DNA from: Gekko japonicus
Taxonomy: Eukaryota
Length of the DNA stretch: 60,749 bases
Reading direction: 5' to 3'
Assembly: GCF_001447785.1 (NCBI RefSeq)
Contig: NW_015169320.1
Span: 1 to 60,749 of the forward strand
Shown here: in pieces, positions 13,157 through 26,629 of the stretch
Layout: the number at the start of each line of letters is the position of its first letter
Position numbering within the stretch: the first letter of the stretch is position 1
Program-made: the position numbers and the translations under genes
Notes under the pieces: generated by a model
What the model was told of the DNA's origin: nothing
The model's input: the letters and a program-made list of their open reading frames with translations, nothing else
Databases searched by the model: none

Positions 13157-13711
13157 TTGGTCTCCTGGGTGTAGTGTTGCTATAAACCCAGGACTTTGTT
13201 GTTAAGCATTTTATGCCATTAAACCAGAATCTCAGGTATCCCACGTCATATCTGAGCATCATTTGTGAGACTGGTGGAATGTGGAATACCCTGGTGGAGA
13301 TGAGCCCTGCCCCAGTGGCTGGTGGAGATGAGCCCTGCCCCAGTGGCTGGATGTATCACGCTTGGTTATTGAAAGCCTCCAGATCGTGCCCAGAGATCTC
13401 CCAGAATAACATCTGATCTCCTTCTATAAATTCTTCTATAAATCCTACCAAATTTATTTTTACCCACTTAAAACATTTTAAGATCAAATTGCTCAAGGCA
13501 GTTAACAGCAGTAAAAGTCAGTCAAAACCAAATGCAGTATAACCACATGACTTAAAAAATTCTCAGGTCACAGAAACACAGAAGAGCAATAGAAGACGGT
13601 GGGAAAAGAATTTCCTCTCTCATCCATTGTGAGTCTTGGTTTCATTGCTTCTCAAGGGTGTTTTCACGTTCTCGTTTGATTCAGTTTTGTTTCCTTCTTT
13701 CCTGTCTATTT

Positions 13712-14659
13712 TTATTCTGTCAGTTTTCTTGTCTGAAACCTTTTCCACAACTGACTTACAGCTTCCTTCACCTGATCGTTCCTCAGAGTGTAGATCAGGG
13801 GGTTGAGAAAGGGTGTCACTGCAGTGTAGAAAAGTGTAACTGCCTTGGTGACCTCTGACTGATTTTCTCCACTTGGAACTAAGTATATGGCTGTAATAGA
13901 CCCATAATAAAGTGTCACCACCACCAGGTGGAAAGATATGGTGGAGAAGGCTTTCCTACGACCACCTCGGTAAGAGCTTTTCGTCAGGGTGAGAATCACA
14001 ACACTATAGGATAGCACAACAAAAGCAACATTGACCAAACCAGAAGCGTTCATAAAGACCTGGCAGACACTAGGGGCAATTCCTAGTGGAGGGCAGGCCA
14101 GAGACAAAATTGGCCCAGGGTCACACAGAAAGTGGTCAATGATGTTGGGGCCACAGAAGGACAACCTGGAGATCAAAATCATTGGGAAAATGTACCACAG
14201 GAAGCCGAGGAGCCAACAAGCGGCCACGAGAGCAGAGCAGAAATCTTTGGACATGATTTGCGGGTACCGCAGAGGGTGGCAGATGGCCAAGTATCGATCC
14301 AAGGCCATGGCTGACAGGAAGAAACTTTCCGTGGTGCCCAATGAGAAGAACACATAGAACTGAAGGAANNNNNNNNNNNNNNNNNNNNNNNNNNNNNNNN
14401 NNNNNNNNNNNNNNNNNNNNGGCACAGTGGCAGTGACGTAACAGATCTCCAACCAGGAGAAGTTGCTCAGCAGGATGTACATGGGAAGCCGGGACAAGTG
14501 GGTGTCCAGGACCACCAGTACGATGATGGTGAGGTTCTCGGCCATACTGAGTACATACAGAAGAATGAAAAATATGAGGAGCAGGAACCGTCCCTGTTGT
14601 CCAACTCCAAATCCCAGCAAAATGAATTCCTGCACTCTGGTCCCATTGGCCGACACCAT
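13712..14659 (-). CDS. Olfactory receptor, family-11-like (OR-C), about 315 aa, with an internal N gap
   Basis: OR motifs on both sides of gap 14369-14420 in the same frame; integrity inside the gap cannot be seen. Confidence 0.85.
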   Translation of the reverse strand: MVSANGTRVQEFILLGFGVGQQGRFLLLIFFILLYVLSMAENLTIIVLVVLDTHLSRLPMYILLSNFSWLEICYVTATVXXXXXXXXXXXXXXXXXXFLQFYVFFSLGTTESFFLSAMALDRYLAICHPLRYPQIMSKDFCSALVAACWLLGFLWYIFPMILISRLSFCGPNIIDHFLCDPGPILSLACPPLGIAPSVCQVFMNASGLVNVAFVVLSYSVVILTLTKSSYRGGRRKAFSTISFHLVVVTLYYGSITAIYLVPSGENQSEVTKAVTLFYTAVTPFLNPLIYTLRNDQVKEAVSQLWKRFQTRKLTE

Positions 14660-15059
14660 CTGGAAACAGGCGACAGACATGGAATTACTGCAATTAATGT
14701 AATATGTAATTTACAGTAGTGTGATTACTGTAAAATGTAATATCAAGTGTCATCTGAATGTGTTTCCGGTTGAAAAGAAACTTCAGCATGCGTGTTAAGT
14801 AGGTCCCTCGTCCTAGTCTTTCTGTGTTTTTCAGACTGAGATTATTCCCCAGAAGCGAAAGCAATTTAAAAAACGAACTATGAGAAATGAACTTGGAACA
14901 GGCCCCCGGAATGTGCTGTGAATGTTGTTTCCTGACTCATGCAGATCACGCCATTCTACCAAATTTAACTACAAAAGTTCAGTTTCCTGTTAAAAACAGC
15001 ACTGAATCTAACAACTGTTTGAAAAGCACCTGCTGTTTGAAATCTCATATGAACATAAC

Positions 15060-15525
15060 ATTTATTAAGAACAGTCATGAGACCAGCACAATAAACCAAA
15101 GTAGTTTTACACAGAGTCTACAACATAGGATCCTTACATCCATCATTTCTAAAACGTCAGACCTGTCAATTCCATCATTAATGGCTCAAGTTACAGTACA
15201 TTCTGCGTTTTTTAATTACCAAGTAACAATATTTAGCAACATTGCGTGAGACAGAATCATAATTATCGGCCAGTAAGAACTTCATCAAGCATTCCTCGGC
15301 ATATGTAAGGTAGTTAGCCAAGGGTTTAAACCGTGAGAGAAGGGGTATCAACAGCTGCTGTCTCTCTACGTCATACATAGGACAATGGAGTAAAATATGG
15401 GCGGCCGACTCCACCTGTTCTAACAAGCAGGAGCAAATTCTCTGGTGCTTGGGAGTCCGGGTAGATCTACCATAAAGTACTGCTGAGGGTAGCACATCAA
15501 GCCGGGCTCTAGTAAAGCACCTCCT
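15060..15525 (-). mobile_element. Non-LTR retrotransposon 3' fragment with CCHC zinc-knuckle C-terminus
   Basis: RICSCLLEQVESAAHILLHCPMY in ORF 15178-15495; clade not determined. Confidence 0.65.
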
Positions 15526-16004
15526 GTGAAGTCAGGCATGTGTGCTTTAAACCCCAAAAAGAACTTATTTCCCTTCATTCAAGTTAAACTAATTTCCCCT
15601 GCAATACTTTCCATGAGTTAGACTTAAGGATATTGTAGTGTGCTCGGAACAGTCGTCGTGAATACATGTAAGATTTCACACAAAGGCAAATGAAAGTGTA
15701 CCTGGGGCCATTTCTGGTTGGGGAAATGGCGTGGTAGGGAAGGCTTAAGTCCTCTCTCTTCATGTGCTCTGGTCCTTATTAGACTCAGGCCCCCATATAC
15801 CTGGGAAATAAGTTCTCAGCACAGAATTCGATGGCACATCTAATTGCCATGACCCATAGCAGTCACATGGGGGGCACAAGAATGAGTAACCTGGCCTTGA
15901 GACCTGCTTAGGTCTCAGAATGCCATAATGCTGAGTCCTTGCCAGATGATTCTCTGTGCCCATTTGGTGATCTGCTCTGTACTTTTTAGTACCTAGTACC
16001 ATGT

Positions 16005-16156
16005 AGCTGCGAACACACACACTACATAACCCACTTTCAATCCACTTTCAATGCGCTTTCCAACGGGATTTTGCTGGTTCACACAAGAAAAACCCAGTTG
16101 GAAAGTACACTGAAAGTGGATTGAAAGTGGATTATTTAGTGTGTGTGATCACAGCT
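16005..16156. mobile_element. Short palindromic MITE (about 140 bp); copies at 21600-21740 and 32096-32221
   Basis: GCTGCG..CACACAC TIRs with inverted ATCCACTTTCAA / TTGAAAGTGGAT arms. Confidence 0.7.
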
Positions 16157-16727
16157 TGGTAGGATTTTGTCGTAGGAGGTGGTGGTGGGATTGTAACCCT
16201 TCTAGATTTCCCCCATGTCCTTCTACCCAACTTTGTGTTTTTTCTCTCCAGACAATAATTTTGAGATTGTTGGGAAATGACAGCTTCTAATTTTCTATTA
16301 TAAGACACATTCAAGAGAAGCCAAAAAGCACAGATTCCTCTGTGTTGAGCGATGAGAGGTAGCAGTTGCTGGGGAACTATTCTCTGCCTGAGACTCTTAG
16401 AGTCACCGTACTTCAAACCAGATAGTACCGGTCTAGTGGGATCAGTGATCTGAAAGACAGGTTCACTGACGCACAGGATGAGCTCACCAAACCCCTAGGT
16501 ACGAGGGGGTATGCCAGTTTTCTGTTACTGAAGAACTTAGGGAGAAGTTGTGGGGTTTTGTTCTTGACATGGGGTTGGATCCAGCCAGCTTTTAGGCTGG
16601 TGACAAAGAGAGGAATGATCTCCTTTGACCAACAACAAAGGCTATGCTGGGGATCCCATGACAGGAATGGACAAATCCACGTGGGCTGTAGTGAAGAGGA
16701 GAATTGGCTGAGATAGACCTAACAAAG

Positions 16728-17038
16728 GGCAATTCTGCATGTAGCATTTGCTCCACATTTTCTCAGCCGGGAGGAAAAAGTGCAGCTCCAAACCACATCC
16801 AAATATCTTGGCGCAACACCATACTGACTGCAAAGCCACCCCTGAACGGCCATAAAACGGCCATTAATCTATGCAGACGGTAAAATAAAAAAGAACTCGA
16901 AAGTGGCATGGAATGTGAAAGCTTTCATAAAACCCGATAATCAACTAAAGCGAAACCAGCATGCAATGCAGAGGGGGATTTCTGTTCCAATGTGGGTTTC
17001 ATAAAACAACGGAGGGAAAAGCCAATGCAAAATCAGCC
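16728..17038. mobile_element. MITE-like repeat (about 310 bp); second copy inverted at 45048-45365
   Basis: GGGCAATTCTGCAT...ATGCAAAATCAGCC termini; colinear match to the 45 kb copy. Confidence 0.6.
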
Positions 17039-17254
17039 AAATTCCAAACTATGGCATGTCTTTGAAAGAATGTAGTTTGAAGGGACTGACGGGAGGAAGA
17101 TAGCTATTCAGAGTCTTTTGCTTAAGCATGAGATAAGTTCTTACCACGAATGCAGCTGAAAATCACATAATCTTCATGTGCTGCCATCCATTTTTTAATG
17201 TCTCTGCCCAAAAGTTGTTAATGATCTGTCCACATTGCCTGGAAGTGGCCTGTA

Positions 17255-17650
17255 TGTTTTCCTTGATGTTGCCAGTCACTTAATTTCTCACCTTAGTCTC
17301 CTTTGCTTTCCAGATAATAAAATGTTCAGTTACCTCAGTAGCATTCAAAGGGCTGCTCTATCCATCCAGAAGGCTCACCACAAGGAAGAGCCTTGTGAGG
17401 CTTTGGGAGATATTGGAAGTTGTTTCCCGTGTCTTTGAGTAGTGTGCAGCTGTGGCATTGCTGGGCTGTGTGCTGGGTTTGATTGGTATGAAGAATAGGC
17501 AGGTGTGCCCACCAAAGCTTGAATATAGGTGTTAAGTATCTGGTGGCTCTTGTGAGGGTATCCCTGAAGAGCCAATCAAAGCAACATCTCCCTGGGGGGC
17601 AGCTGATTCCCACTGCAATGGCTGAAACACAGGGTAATTGTTGTTTTCCT
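17255..17650 (-). promoter_or_regulatory. OR-C upstream module: putative exon ending 17334 plus promoter
   Basis: CTACTGAG|GTAACT donor; O/E-like TCCCTGGGGG near 17589. Confidence 0.55.
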
Positions 17651-17709
17651 GAGCTGTGTGTTGCTACTCAGGGACTGCACTTTGAGTAATCAAGTGGACT
17701 AGTAACAAT

Positions 17710-18572
17710 GGGTGTGGATGGAGGAATCAGATGGATGAATAATGAGTTATGGTTGTGGATGGAATATTGGACAGAAGAGGATTCCACTCGCAAAACATGG
17801 CTGCCTTATCCTTCAGATGTTCCTCTCAAGGGAAGAGGAACTGCCACAGGATCAGAAGAACACCTCCCTTGCATGTAGAAAACTAGGGCCCCTGCCACAC
17901 CGGGGGGGGGGGAAGGCGGGGCCAAAGGGGGGCTTTTGGAAGCCGNNNNNNNNNNNNNNNNNNNNNNNNNNNNNNNNNNNNNNNNNNNNNNNNNNNNNNN
18001 NNNNNNNNNNNNNNNGATTCCACTCACAAAACGTATCCTTCAGATGTTCCTCTCAAGGGAAGAGGAACTGCCACAGGAACACAAAAACACCTCCCTTGCA
18101 CATAGAAAACTAGTACGCTAGTTAGAAAGCTTGGCTACATCCTTGTTTTTGCCATTACATTCTTTGGGATGGAGGGAATCTTTGCTGCTGAGGAAAACTC
18201 AGGAGTCCCAAGCACAGAGATAATTCCTGAGGAGCAGCTGCCACATAGGGGCATGTGTTTCCCCTACCATATATGGGTGTGGATAGAGAAATCAAATGGA
18301 CTAGTAATAATTAGTGATGGGTTTGGATGGAATATTGGACAGAAGAGGATTCCACTCACAAAACGTATCCTTCAGATGTTCCTCTCAAGGGAAGAGGAAC
18401 TGCCACAGGAACACAAAAACACCTCCCTTGCACATAGAAAACTAGTACGCTAGTTAGAAAGCTTGGCTACATCCTTGTTTTTGCCATTACATTCTTTGGG
18501 ATGGAGGGAATCTTTGCTGCTGAAGAAAACTCATGAGTCCCAAGCACAGAGATAATTTCTGAGGAGCAGCTG
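17710..18572. repeat. Tandem repeats of a 332-bp unit next to assembly gaps
   Basis: GATTCCACTCACAAAACG at about 18016 and 18348; a more diverged copy at about 17780. Confidence 0.8.
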
Positions 18573-18592
18573 TGTTCGTCTACTGTAGACTG

Positions 18593-18633
<41 letters not shown>

Positions 18634-18761
18634 TGACAGCAAAATGTAGAGCCGAAGACAANNNNNNNNNNNNNNNNNNNNNNNNNNNNNNNNNNNNNNN
18701 NNNNNNNNNNNNNNNNNNNNNNNNNNNNNTGTTTGGGAGAAGTGTGTGTGTATAATGGATG

Positions 18762-18813
<52 letters not shown>

Positions 18814-19782
18814 TCTCAACACCATGTAGAGCACATTGCAAGAATCTGACCTGGAGGTGCTTGTGTCTGGATCCACAAGTGGAGCACTCTCCAGAGTTTG
18901 CTGATGGTGCCACATGCCAGTGCTGAGACCTCAGCCTCCAGTGTGAGACAGTGATGTGATGGTGCATCACAAGATGAGAGTCTGCCCATTTAGTGTTGTA
19001 AATAGTCAAAAATTGTTTAATACTCAGACTATTTGATGGATCTTGCTCTATTGGAAAGAAGAGATTTCTTTGCTTTTTAAAAATACTTTATTCTAAGGGA
19101 AAAGGTACACGGGATTGCTACAAATTAACAAAACACTAAGAGCTACATTTCTAAGCTTCCTATACTGAAGACAAGCACACACGTAATGGAGATTTCCTCC
19201 TTCTTCTTGACCCCTAGAAAGGAAGTCACCTGGAACAAATGACCAATCTGCATCAAAATAGAAGTTACTTTTCCCGGGCAAATCCCCCATTGGCTTAGTG
19301 CCAGGTATCCCTTCCAGGTCAGTCTAAACAATAGCAAACTAGGAATACAAGTTAACCCTATAATGACTGAATCAGACCTTGTAAACACATACATTTCCAA
19401 CATTTAGAAGGAAAATACCACTTCCAAGCTGTCTGTCTGTTTATCTATCTATTTGGGTCGTTTGTAATTTGCTACCTCTGGATATGAGCTACTATTGTAT
19501 TCATTTTAATGATGTTACCCACCCTGAGCCTGCCCGCGGGATGGGCGGGATATAAATGCAAATAAATAATACTGCTCAGCAGCATTTTGATGCAAGCATC
19601 CCCTCCTATTTTGATGCAAGCATAACGTCCGGGTCCGATTGAGTTGATATACCTCTCTCCCTCCATGGTGCCTTGAACATTACAATGTAGCATGCCAGGC
19701 ATTGAGGATTCTGGGGAAAGTAGTTTCTCCAGGACACCTGAGTCCTTAGTGTTGATTTCGGGCAAGGAGGTTTCATGTGAGA

Positions 19783-20100
19783 TGAAAAGTAGTGGAGTTC
19801 CAGGGGTTGCGTAGTGAAATCAGCTCACATTTATTGATTACATCAGAACGAAAAGAGATAACTTAGCCGGTGCGAGGCCGGCTTATATTCGTACACACAC
19901 TCACACCCAACACCCCCCCCAATTCCCGTGATAGGTCTATATACATGGCCCCGTTAATGATAGGTTCTCTTCAGGATCCTAGCGCTCCCATTGGTTCTTG
20001 GTAGGATCCACGGTGGCTATTGTTCTAGACCTGAAGGTCTGTGAGTCTGGTAGACTGCATGGCCAGGCGCACGTGGTCGCAGCCATCTTACTATATAACA
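19783..20100 (-). mobile_element. Probable solo LTR (318 bp)
   Basis: TG...CA termini, 5-bp TSD TGAGA, minus-strand AATAAA near 19830; weak terminal inverted repeat. Confidence 0.55.
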
Positions 20101-20314
20101 TGAGACCTCTCTATGGCTACCTGATAGGCGAGCAGAAGTTACTCATTGGGTTGCTAGATTTGAATGGCTTGCCCTAAGAATTAGAAAAACTACAGTAGCT
20201 CAAAAAGAGGAGCATTAAGATTTAGTTTTATTAATTTTAATTATTATGGGTTTTATGGAGTTTTTCCCTTTTTAAAAACCTGCTTTTAAAATTCTGCTTC
20301 TATTTTAATACCAT

Positions 20315-20758
20315 GGCCCCTATCACACAGGAGGATTTGCCCCGCGGGAGGGACGTATCGGGGGTGCATCAAGTGGGCGCGATCATACCGCAACATCTGG
20401 GAAGCGGTGCGCACCCGTCCCCGATCCGTCCTTTCCAGGCGAAGATGCGGCTCAAAAAGGTAGTAGCAAAACAGCACTACCTACCGGTTGCCGCGCAGCA
20501 TGGGCGGGCGTCTGATCGCTGACGCGCCCGTCTCTCCCGCAGCATGCGAGGTCCTGCCGAACTTCGCATGTACACACATGCGCAGCGGGCTTGCCTCGCT
20601 CTCCAGTCCGTGGCTTCCCCCTGGCATCTGATCATGCCGGGGAGGAACTGCGCGGTGGCTGGGGGGATCTGTCTGATCCCGCAGCCGCACTTCTCTTTTG
20701 ATGTGGCTCTAAAAAGCCGCACTTCAGCCATGCCTTTCCCCCTAGTGTGACCGGGGCC
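20315..20758. mobile_element. Harbinger-like MITE, CpG-rich
   Basis: GGCCCCTATCACAC...GTGTGACCGGGGCC TIRs; shares CCGCAACATCTGGGAAGCG and GGGCGGGCGTCTGATCGC with the 43 kb element. Confidence 0.7.
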
Positions 20759-21779
20759 CTTATATATCATTTATGTTGCAAGATATGCCAACGGTGTATT
20801 ATGTGCTGGTCAATGACCGTGAATAAAACTTACTGCGGCTACCACTAGTGGGAATGGGTGGCAGAATGGAATTTAAGAGGCTGATGTGGGATTTAAGAGG
20901 ATGATGTGGGACCTTGCAGAGTGGGTTTAGTGGGAGGCAGTCCGACTTCATCATGCTCCAGAGGAGATCATACAGAGTGCAAAGGAATTAAGATGTTAGG
21001 AAGGAGCTGGGGAAATGCATCTTGTTTTAAATCGAACTGCATGTATTTTCCAAACCAGATATAAAAGCAAATATTCATGGTATGGATCCAACGGTTTGAC
21101 TGAGTTTCATGGAAAGCACAAAAATCACACAATTGAGCCAGCCACAGTTATGAACAGATACGATTGATTATATATTATGTACTCTGCCAACATCTGCCCT
21201 GATAATGTTCCCAAGATCACGTCCCATCCAGCCCCCCCCGACTGTAGCCATTCACCTCAGGAAAATGGCATGGGAGTGAAGGCTGAAGCCTGCTACCCTC
21301 AGTGACCTACTCCTAGCTAAATTAGGCCCCAGAGCATGTGGGGATATTAATTCCCCAAAGTGATGTGTCTTGTGTGTTTATAAGTTGTACCAACCCAAAT
21401 CAGAATAGATTCATGGAAGATAACACTCCTCCACACGAAGCCAGCTGGGTGTCTTTGGGTCAGTTATAAGTTCTCTCAGAGTTCTATCAGCCCCACCTAC
21501 TTCACAGGGTGTCTGTTGTGGGGAGAGGAAGGGAAAGCGATTGTAAGCCACTCCAAGACTCCTTCTGTTACTGAAGAGTGGGGTATAAAACTATTATTTG
21601 GCTGCAGTCGCACACACTAAATAATCCACTTTCAATCAACTTTCAGTGTATTTTTCAACTGGATTTTTTTCATGTAAACAGGCAAAATCCAGTTGGATAG
21701 TGCATTGGAAGTGGATTATTTAGTGTACGTGACTACGGCTACCGCCTCCTCCTCCTCCTCCTCCTCACCATGGTGACTG

Positions 21780-21970
21780 AGGGGAACCTCCACTTTCAGA
21801 GGCATGAAGCCTCTGAATCCCGGAGTCAGGAAACAACATCAGGGCAAGGCCGAGGCCTCTATGCCCTGTTGTTGGCCCTCCAGAGGAACTGGTTGGCCAC
21901 TGTGTGAGACAGGATGCTGGACCAGATGGACCGTTGGTCTGATCCAGTGGGGCTCTTCTATGTTCTTATG
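21780..21970 (+). mobile_element. CR1 LINE 3' end
   Basis: GGATGCTGGACCAGATGGACC..GGTCTGATCCAG and (TTCTTATG)n tail; related fragments at 25820-25900, 35210-35500 and 50728-51170. Confidence 0.75.
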
Positions 21971-22112
21971 TGTCACACATATTTAGTTTGGAGTTAGACC
22001 TGGGTATAATGACAGGAAATCTGTAAGTAGGTATCCTTCTTTAAAAAACAAAACAAAACCAAGCTTGCTAATAGTACCCAGGGCACAGTGTGGGAGTGGG
22101 AACAGTTTTACC

Positions 22113-22589
22113 CAGGGGTCATTTCCGGCAGGAGCGCACAGGAGCAGAGCTCCAGCAGTAAAGAGCCCAGGGGGCGGGCACATGCAACAAGCCCCACCCC
22201 CTGCTCCCAGCAGCCCTCAGTCAGAGCAAGAAGCAGCCAGGCAAGTTGCAGAGCCCCCACCCCCGGTCCCCCCGGCCCAGACAGTCCAGTGGTACCTTTA
22301 AGACCAACGTTGTTTTTCTCTTTGTAACGTAAAAGTCATAAATAAATCTTTTTTTAAAAAGACCAAGTTTTATTCAGGTACAAGCTCCCCCTCCTCTGCG
22401 AGGACAGATCTGCACATCCCCCCCCCCCAATAGCTAGCAATCCAAAACAGTCCAGTGGAGCCTGAGCGGTGGGTGTTGCCTTCTGACACACTTCCGGTGA
22501 TGTCAGGGGGTGTGGCATATGCAAATAAGCTATGCTAATGAGCTATGCTAAGGAGCGCCTGCACCTCTTTTTCTACGAAATGACCCCTG
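22113..22589. mobile_element. Non-autonomous hAT element
   Basis: CAGGGGTCATTTC...GAAATGACCCCTG TIRs, perfect 8-bp TSD GTTTTACC. Confidence 0.9.
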
Positions 22590-22729
22590 GTTTTACCCCA
22601 CCCCATCTTCCAGTGCTACAAGCCCCCATCTCCTCCCTTTCAGGCCTGCACAGGCACCCCATGGGCACTTCTATGTTCATGTTGCCAACTCCAGCTTGGA
22701 AAATCCAATGATGAATAAATGACTCTTCC

Positions 22730-23420
22730 CTCTACTATTTATTTTTTTAACAGATTTTATCATAAATATACCAAAAAATGCAACCTGCATATTATTACAC
22801 ACACAACCAAAATACTAATTCAAAAGCACAGCCCGCTTATAACTACTAAATACTTTAAATTTGCATTACTTATTTTTACATAAAACATTTCTTTTCTTAT
22901 ATAATCCCAAACAAAATTATTCTACTGACATGACCATTTGTCCTGTTTCATTTTTTTTCTAAATATATTCCCAAGTGCTACCATTACAAACATTGCAACA
23001 TATTCAGTACATCCCTTTTTGCCTCCATAGGAAGCCTTTTATTCTAGAAACCTGTCAACATAGACCAGTGCTGTATAAATAATTCCCAAGAATTTTTCTT
23101 CTAACAATCCTGTTTTAACATTTTTTTTGCCTATGATCATAACAAACCATATTTTTCTCAACCCATTTTCATAATTTGGTAAAGTAGTCTGCTTCCAAGC
23201 ATGTCACTGTCAACATTCTCTCTGCTACCAGAAAGTATGATGTTACATACCACAACTTTTTAGGTAGCCGTACCAAGCTGTAGCCCGACAGGTTCATTGT
23301 TGGCATGAGGTGGACATTTTTCTTCAGTGTTAAACTTATCCCTTTTTGTACCATTTTCCAAAACTCTTTTACCATTCTGCAGTCCAACCATATATAGAGG
23401 TAGGAACCTGTCTACTATTT
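22730..23420 (-). mobile_element. Degraded L1/Tx1-like LINE 3' end
   Basis: GSYLYIWLDCRMVKEFWKMV resembles the L1 ORF2 C-terminal motif; A-rich tail; begins about 45 bp after the OR-D stop. Confidence 0.6.
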
Positions 23421-23464
23421 AATGATTAAGGACTTGGTTCCCCCCATTCTATCTTCCCCTCTGT

Positions 23465-24421
23465 TTACAGTGTCACTTTTCTTCTCAGCAATATCTTTCT
23501 CCTCCACAACTTGACCAGTGCTTCCTTCACCTGATCATTCCTCAGGCAGTAAATCATGGGGTTCAAAAAAGGTGTAATGGAAGTGTAGAAAAGTGTTATA
23601 GCCTTTGTGACCTCTGACTGATTTTCTCCATCTGGAATTATGTACATTGCTGCCACAGAGCCATAGAAAAGTGTCACCACCACTAGGTGGAAGGATATAG
23701 TAGAGAAGGCCTTCCTGCGACTGCCTTGGTTTGAGGTTTTCACCAGGGTGACAATCACATTGCCATAGAACAGCAGAATGAATAAGACATTGCCTAAAAA
23801 CAAAGCGTTCATAAAAACCTGGCAGATATAGGGAGCAATTCCTAGTGGAGGGCAGGCCAAGGACAAAATTGGCCCAGGATCACACAGAAAGTGGTCAATG
23901 ATGTTGGGGCCACAGAAGGACAACTTCGAGATCAAAATCACTGGGAAAATGTACCACAGGAAGCCCACGACCCAACAAGCGGCCACGAGGGCATAGCAGA
24001 AATCTTTGGACATGATTTGTGAGTAACGCAGAGGGTGGCAGATGGCCAAATATCGATCCAAGGCCATGGCTGAGAGGAAGAAGCATTCGGTATTTCCGAG
24101 TGAAAAGAAGATGTAGAACTGAAGGAAACAGGAATAGAAGGAGATAATTCCATGAGGGGTTGCCAGGTCATCCAACATCCGAGGCACTGTTGAGCTCACA
24201 TAACAGATCTCCAGCCAAGAGAAGTTGCTCAGCAGGATGTACATGGGAAGCTGAGCCAAGTGGGTGTCCAGAAACACCAGTACGATGATGGTGAGATTCT
24301 CAGCCAGAGTAAATACATAGAGAAGGGCGAAAAAGACGAGGAGCAGCAATTGTTCCTGTTGGCCAACTCTAAATCCCACCAAAATGAATTCCTGTATTTT
24401 GGTTCCATTGGCCATCTCCAT
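23465..24421 (-). CDS. Olfactory receptor, family-11-like (OR-D), 318 aa
   Basis: Intact ORF from MEMANGTKIQEF; all OR motifs present. Confidence 0.93.
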   Translation of the reverse strand: MEMANGTKIQEFILVGFRVGQQEQLLLLVFFALLYVFTLAENLTIIVLVFLDTHLAQLPMYILLSNFSWLEICYVSSTVPRMLDDLATPHGIISFYSCFLQFYIFFSLGNTECFFLSAMALDRYLAICHPLRYSQIMSKDFCYALVAACWVVGFLWYIFPVILISKLSFCGPNIIDHFLCDPGPILSLACPPLGIAPYICQVFMNALFLGNVLFILLFYGNVIVTLVKTSNQGSRRKAFSTISFHLVVVTLFYGSVAAMYIIPDGENQSEVTKAITLFYTSITPFLNPMIYCLRNDQVKEALVKLWRRKILLRRKVTL

Positions 24422-26629
24422 CTGGGAATCAGACAGTAGAAATGTCATTGCACAGCATAAGCAAGCAAGGGTCATGTTTCTGCATAATTGTGGGGAAGTT
24501 TAGCTTTCCTTGGAGAAGAGAGTAGTAGAGAATTATTTTGAATTGGGAATGTTCACTTGACTGGCAAATATATAAGTGAGGGCACAGAAATCAAGCACGC
24601 AAATGGCGCTGTGTCACTATCATAATTTAAGCACAGGGTTTCCACAATTTTCAAACCCTTTGCATAATACTCTCTGAGCACTCCTTACGACAACCTTTTA
24701 AGTTACTTGGGCTATTCCCCCCCCCCAGTTCCTCTGCTGTAGCTTTGGGGGAGTGAGGAGTGGCCTGCCTGAGAGACAGCAGCTGCTGATTCTGCCCTGT
24801 GAGATGACTGCTGAGCTGTGGTATGGGCAGGGCCCCTCCACCGCACAGTTCAAGCCGTCACACCCCAGGATGAAATGCAAGGAGACTCATGTTTTGATAT
24901 CGAATAGAACATCCCTCTCCTTCTCTGTGGCACGGGCAATGGCGGAGCAGGGGAATAAGCAGTTAAATGGAAGAGAATTAATCAGTGAACCCTGCAAGCC
25001 AGTCTGGCGTTTGCTTGTTTGAAACGTACAGTGACACTTGAGGCATGATAAGTTTTAAGCTTTGGTGGTGGTGGAAAGGGCTGTCATGTCCCAACCGACT
25101 TATAGCAACTCTGTGGGGTTTTCAAGGCAAGAGATGAACAGAGGTGGTTGGCCGTCGCCTGCCTCTGCGTGGCGACCCTGGACTTCCTTGGTGGTCTCCC
25201 GTCCATGTACTCACCGGGGTTGACCCTGCTTATTTTATTTATTTATTTTATTCAATTTGCTAGGCTGCCCGTCCCTGAAACAGGGCTCAGGGTGGCTTAC
25301 CTCAAAGGCCAATGCAATATATAAGAACATTAAAACAACACTAAAATATATTATTCATCCGAAAAAAATACCATGTCCAAAATGATGGAACATTTCAGTA
25401 TCCACCTGCCCCGTGGATGGAGAAGAAATATGGAGGAGAGGGGGATGGTGGATACTGAAATTTTCTTAGCTCTGACAAGATGGGGCTACCCTGCATTACG
25501 AGGGGATAAAGGGGACCCCTGTAAACCCCTGCTTTAGCTTGGCATTTTCATCAAGATAGAAAGTCTCATGAGGGCTGCATCCACAAACCATCAACACTCT
25601 TATTTTCTTTTCCTTGTTGCCCTCAGTGTACCTTCAATCCCGAACTTTCTACATTGCACCCTTTTTGCAAGACACATTTCCTCCTGACACAATCATTTCC
25701 CTTCTTATATTTCCACTACACATGAAATTGTCTTATATTGGTCCACCAAGATCAGAATTATCTACTAAGCCGAGCAGCAGCTCTCAAGGATTTTAGGTTG
25801 AGGTCTGGGGTTCGGCCTGGGTTTTGGCCACTGTGTGACACAGTGCTGGACTGGGTGGGCCATTGGCCTGATCCAGCATAGCTTCTATTGGGTTCTTATG
25901 TATTCCCTGAGACGGGCCTCTGAAATGATCTCATTTCCAACTGGAAAACCCAGCTTAGATTTTGAAAAAGAATGTTATCTGGATGGATCCAACCAAATTT
26001 TCTGCTGGGGACAAAGGGAAGAGGGTGTCGTCCCCTTTGGCAACCTAAAAAAATAATAATTGCTGCACAGTGATGGGACCTGCATGGACAAAAACCATAT
26101 GGGATGGGGGCTGTAATAATGATGGGAATTGGATGAGATGTGATGGAACACTGACAGGATCTGTGTGTCCCGCCCCCCATTTCCCTGCCAAGACCAGTGT
26201 TGATGCTTACTGCTGGTCTTCTCTGTGCTTTCTGGCCATATGCTACTTAGCGTTTGGAAGTTGCTGTTTTTCCAGTATGTACCAAACCTGCTGATTGACA
26301 GATGACCCTCTTCTTTATTTTCTTCTGCAGCCAAGTGGGTAATCCAGGAGGACTGGGGAAAGGTAAAATTGAGCTTTCTCCTGTGCTGAAGGGGGACACA
26401 AAGAAAGCTCTGTTTTCTTGAGCTGAAGGGGCCACCCAAAATCTATGAATGAGGGACATTCAAAATCCTGTTAATAAAGAAGGTATGGCTTTATATGACA
26501 AAATAAAGGATATCTTTGAAAGAAAGTGGCAGGTCAAAATCCTTGGCTTGTGTTAGCTAAATTAGAACCAGGAATGCTGAGGAGCATCATAGAGTCTTCT
26601 CACAGTGCCATCTTCCTCCTCTTCTTTTT

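Noticed and set aside
11308-13350. Short local tandem duplications (16 bp at 11310, about 120 bp at 12345-12590, 28 bp at 13291-13348)
   Set aside because: Ordinary slippage or unequal-exchange products inside repeats; no sign of function.
17710-18572. Gap-adjacent tandem units (also 60316-60578) as a functional array or CRISPR
   Set aside because: Eukaryotic DNA with no repeat-spacer structure; near-identical copies beside N gaps suggest assembly overlap artefacts.
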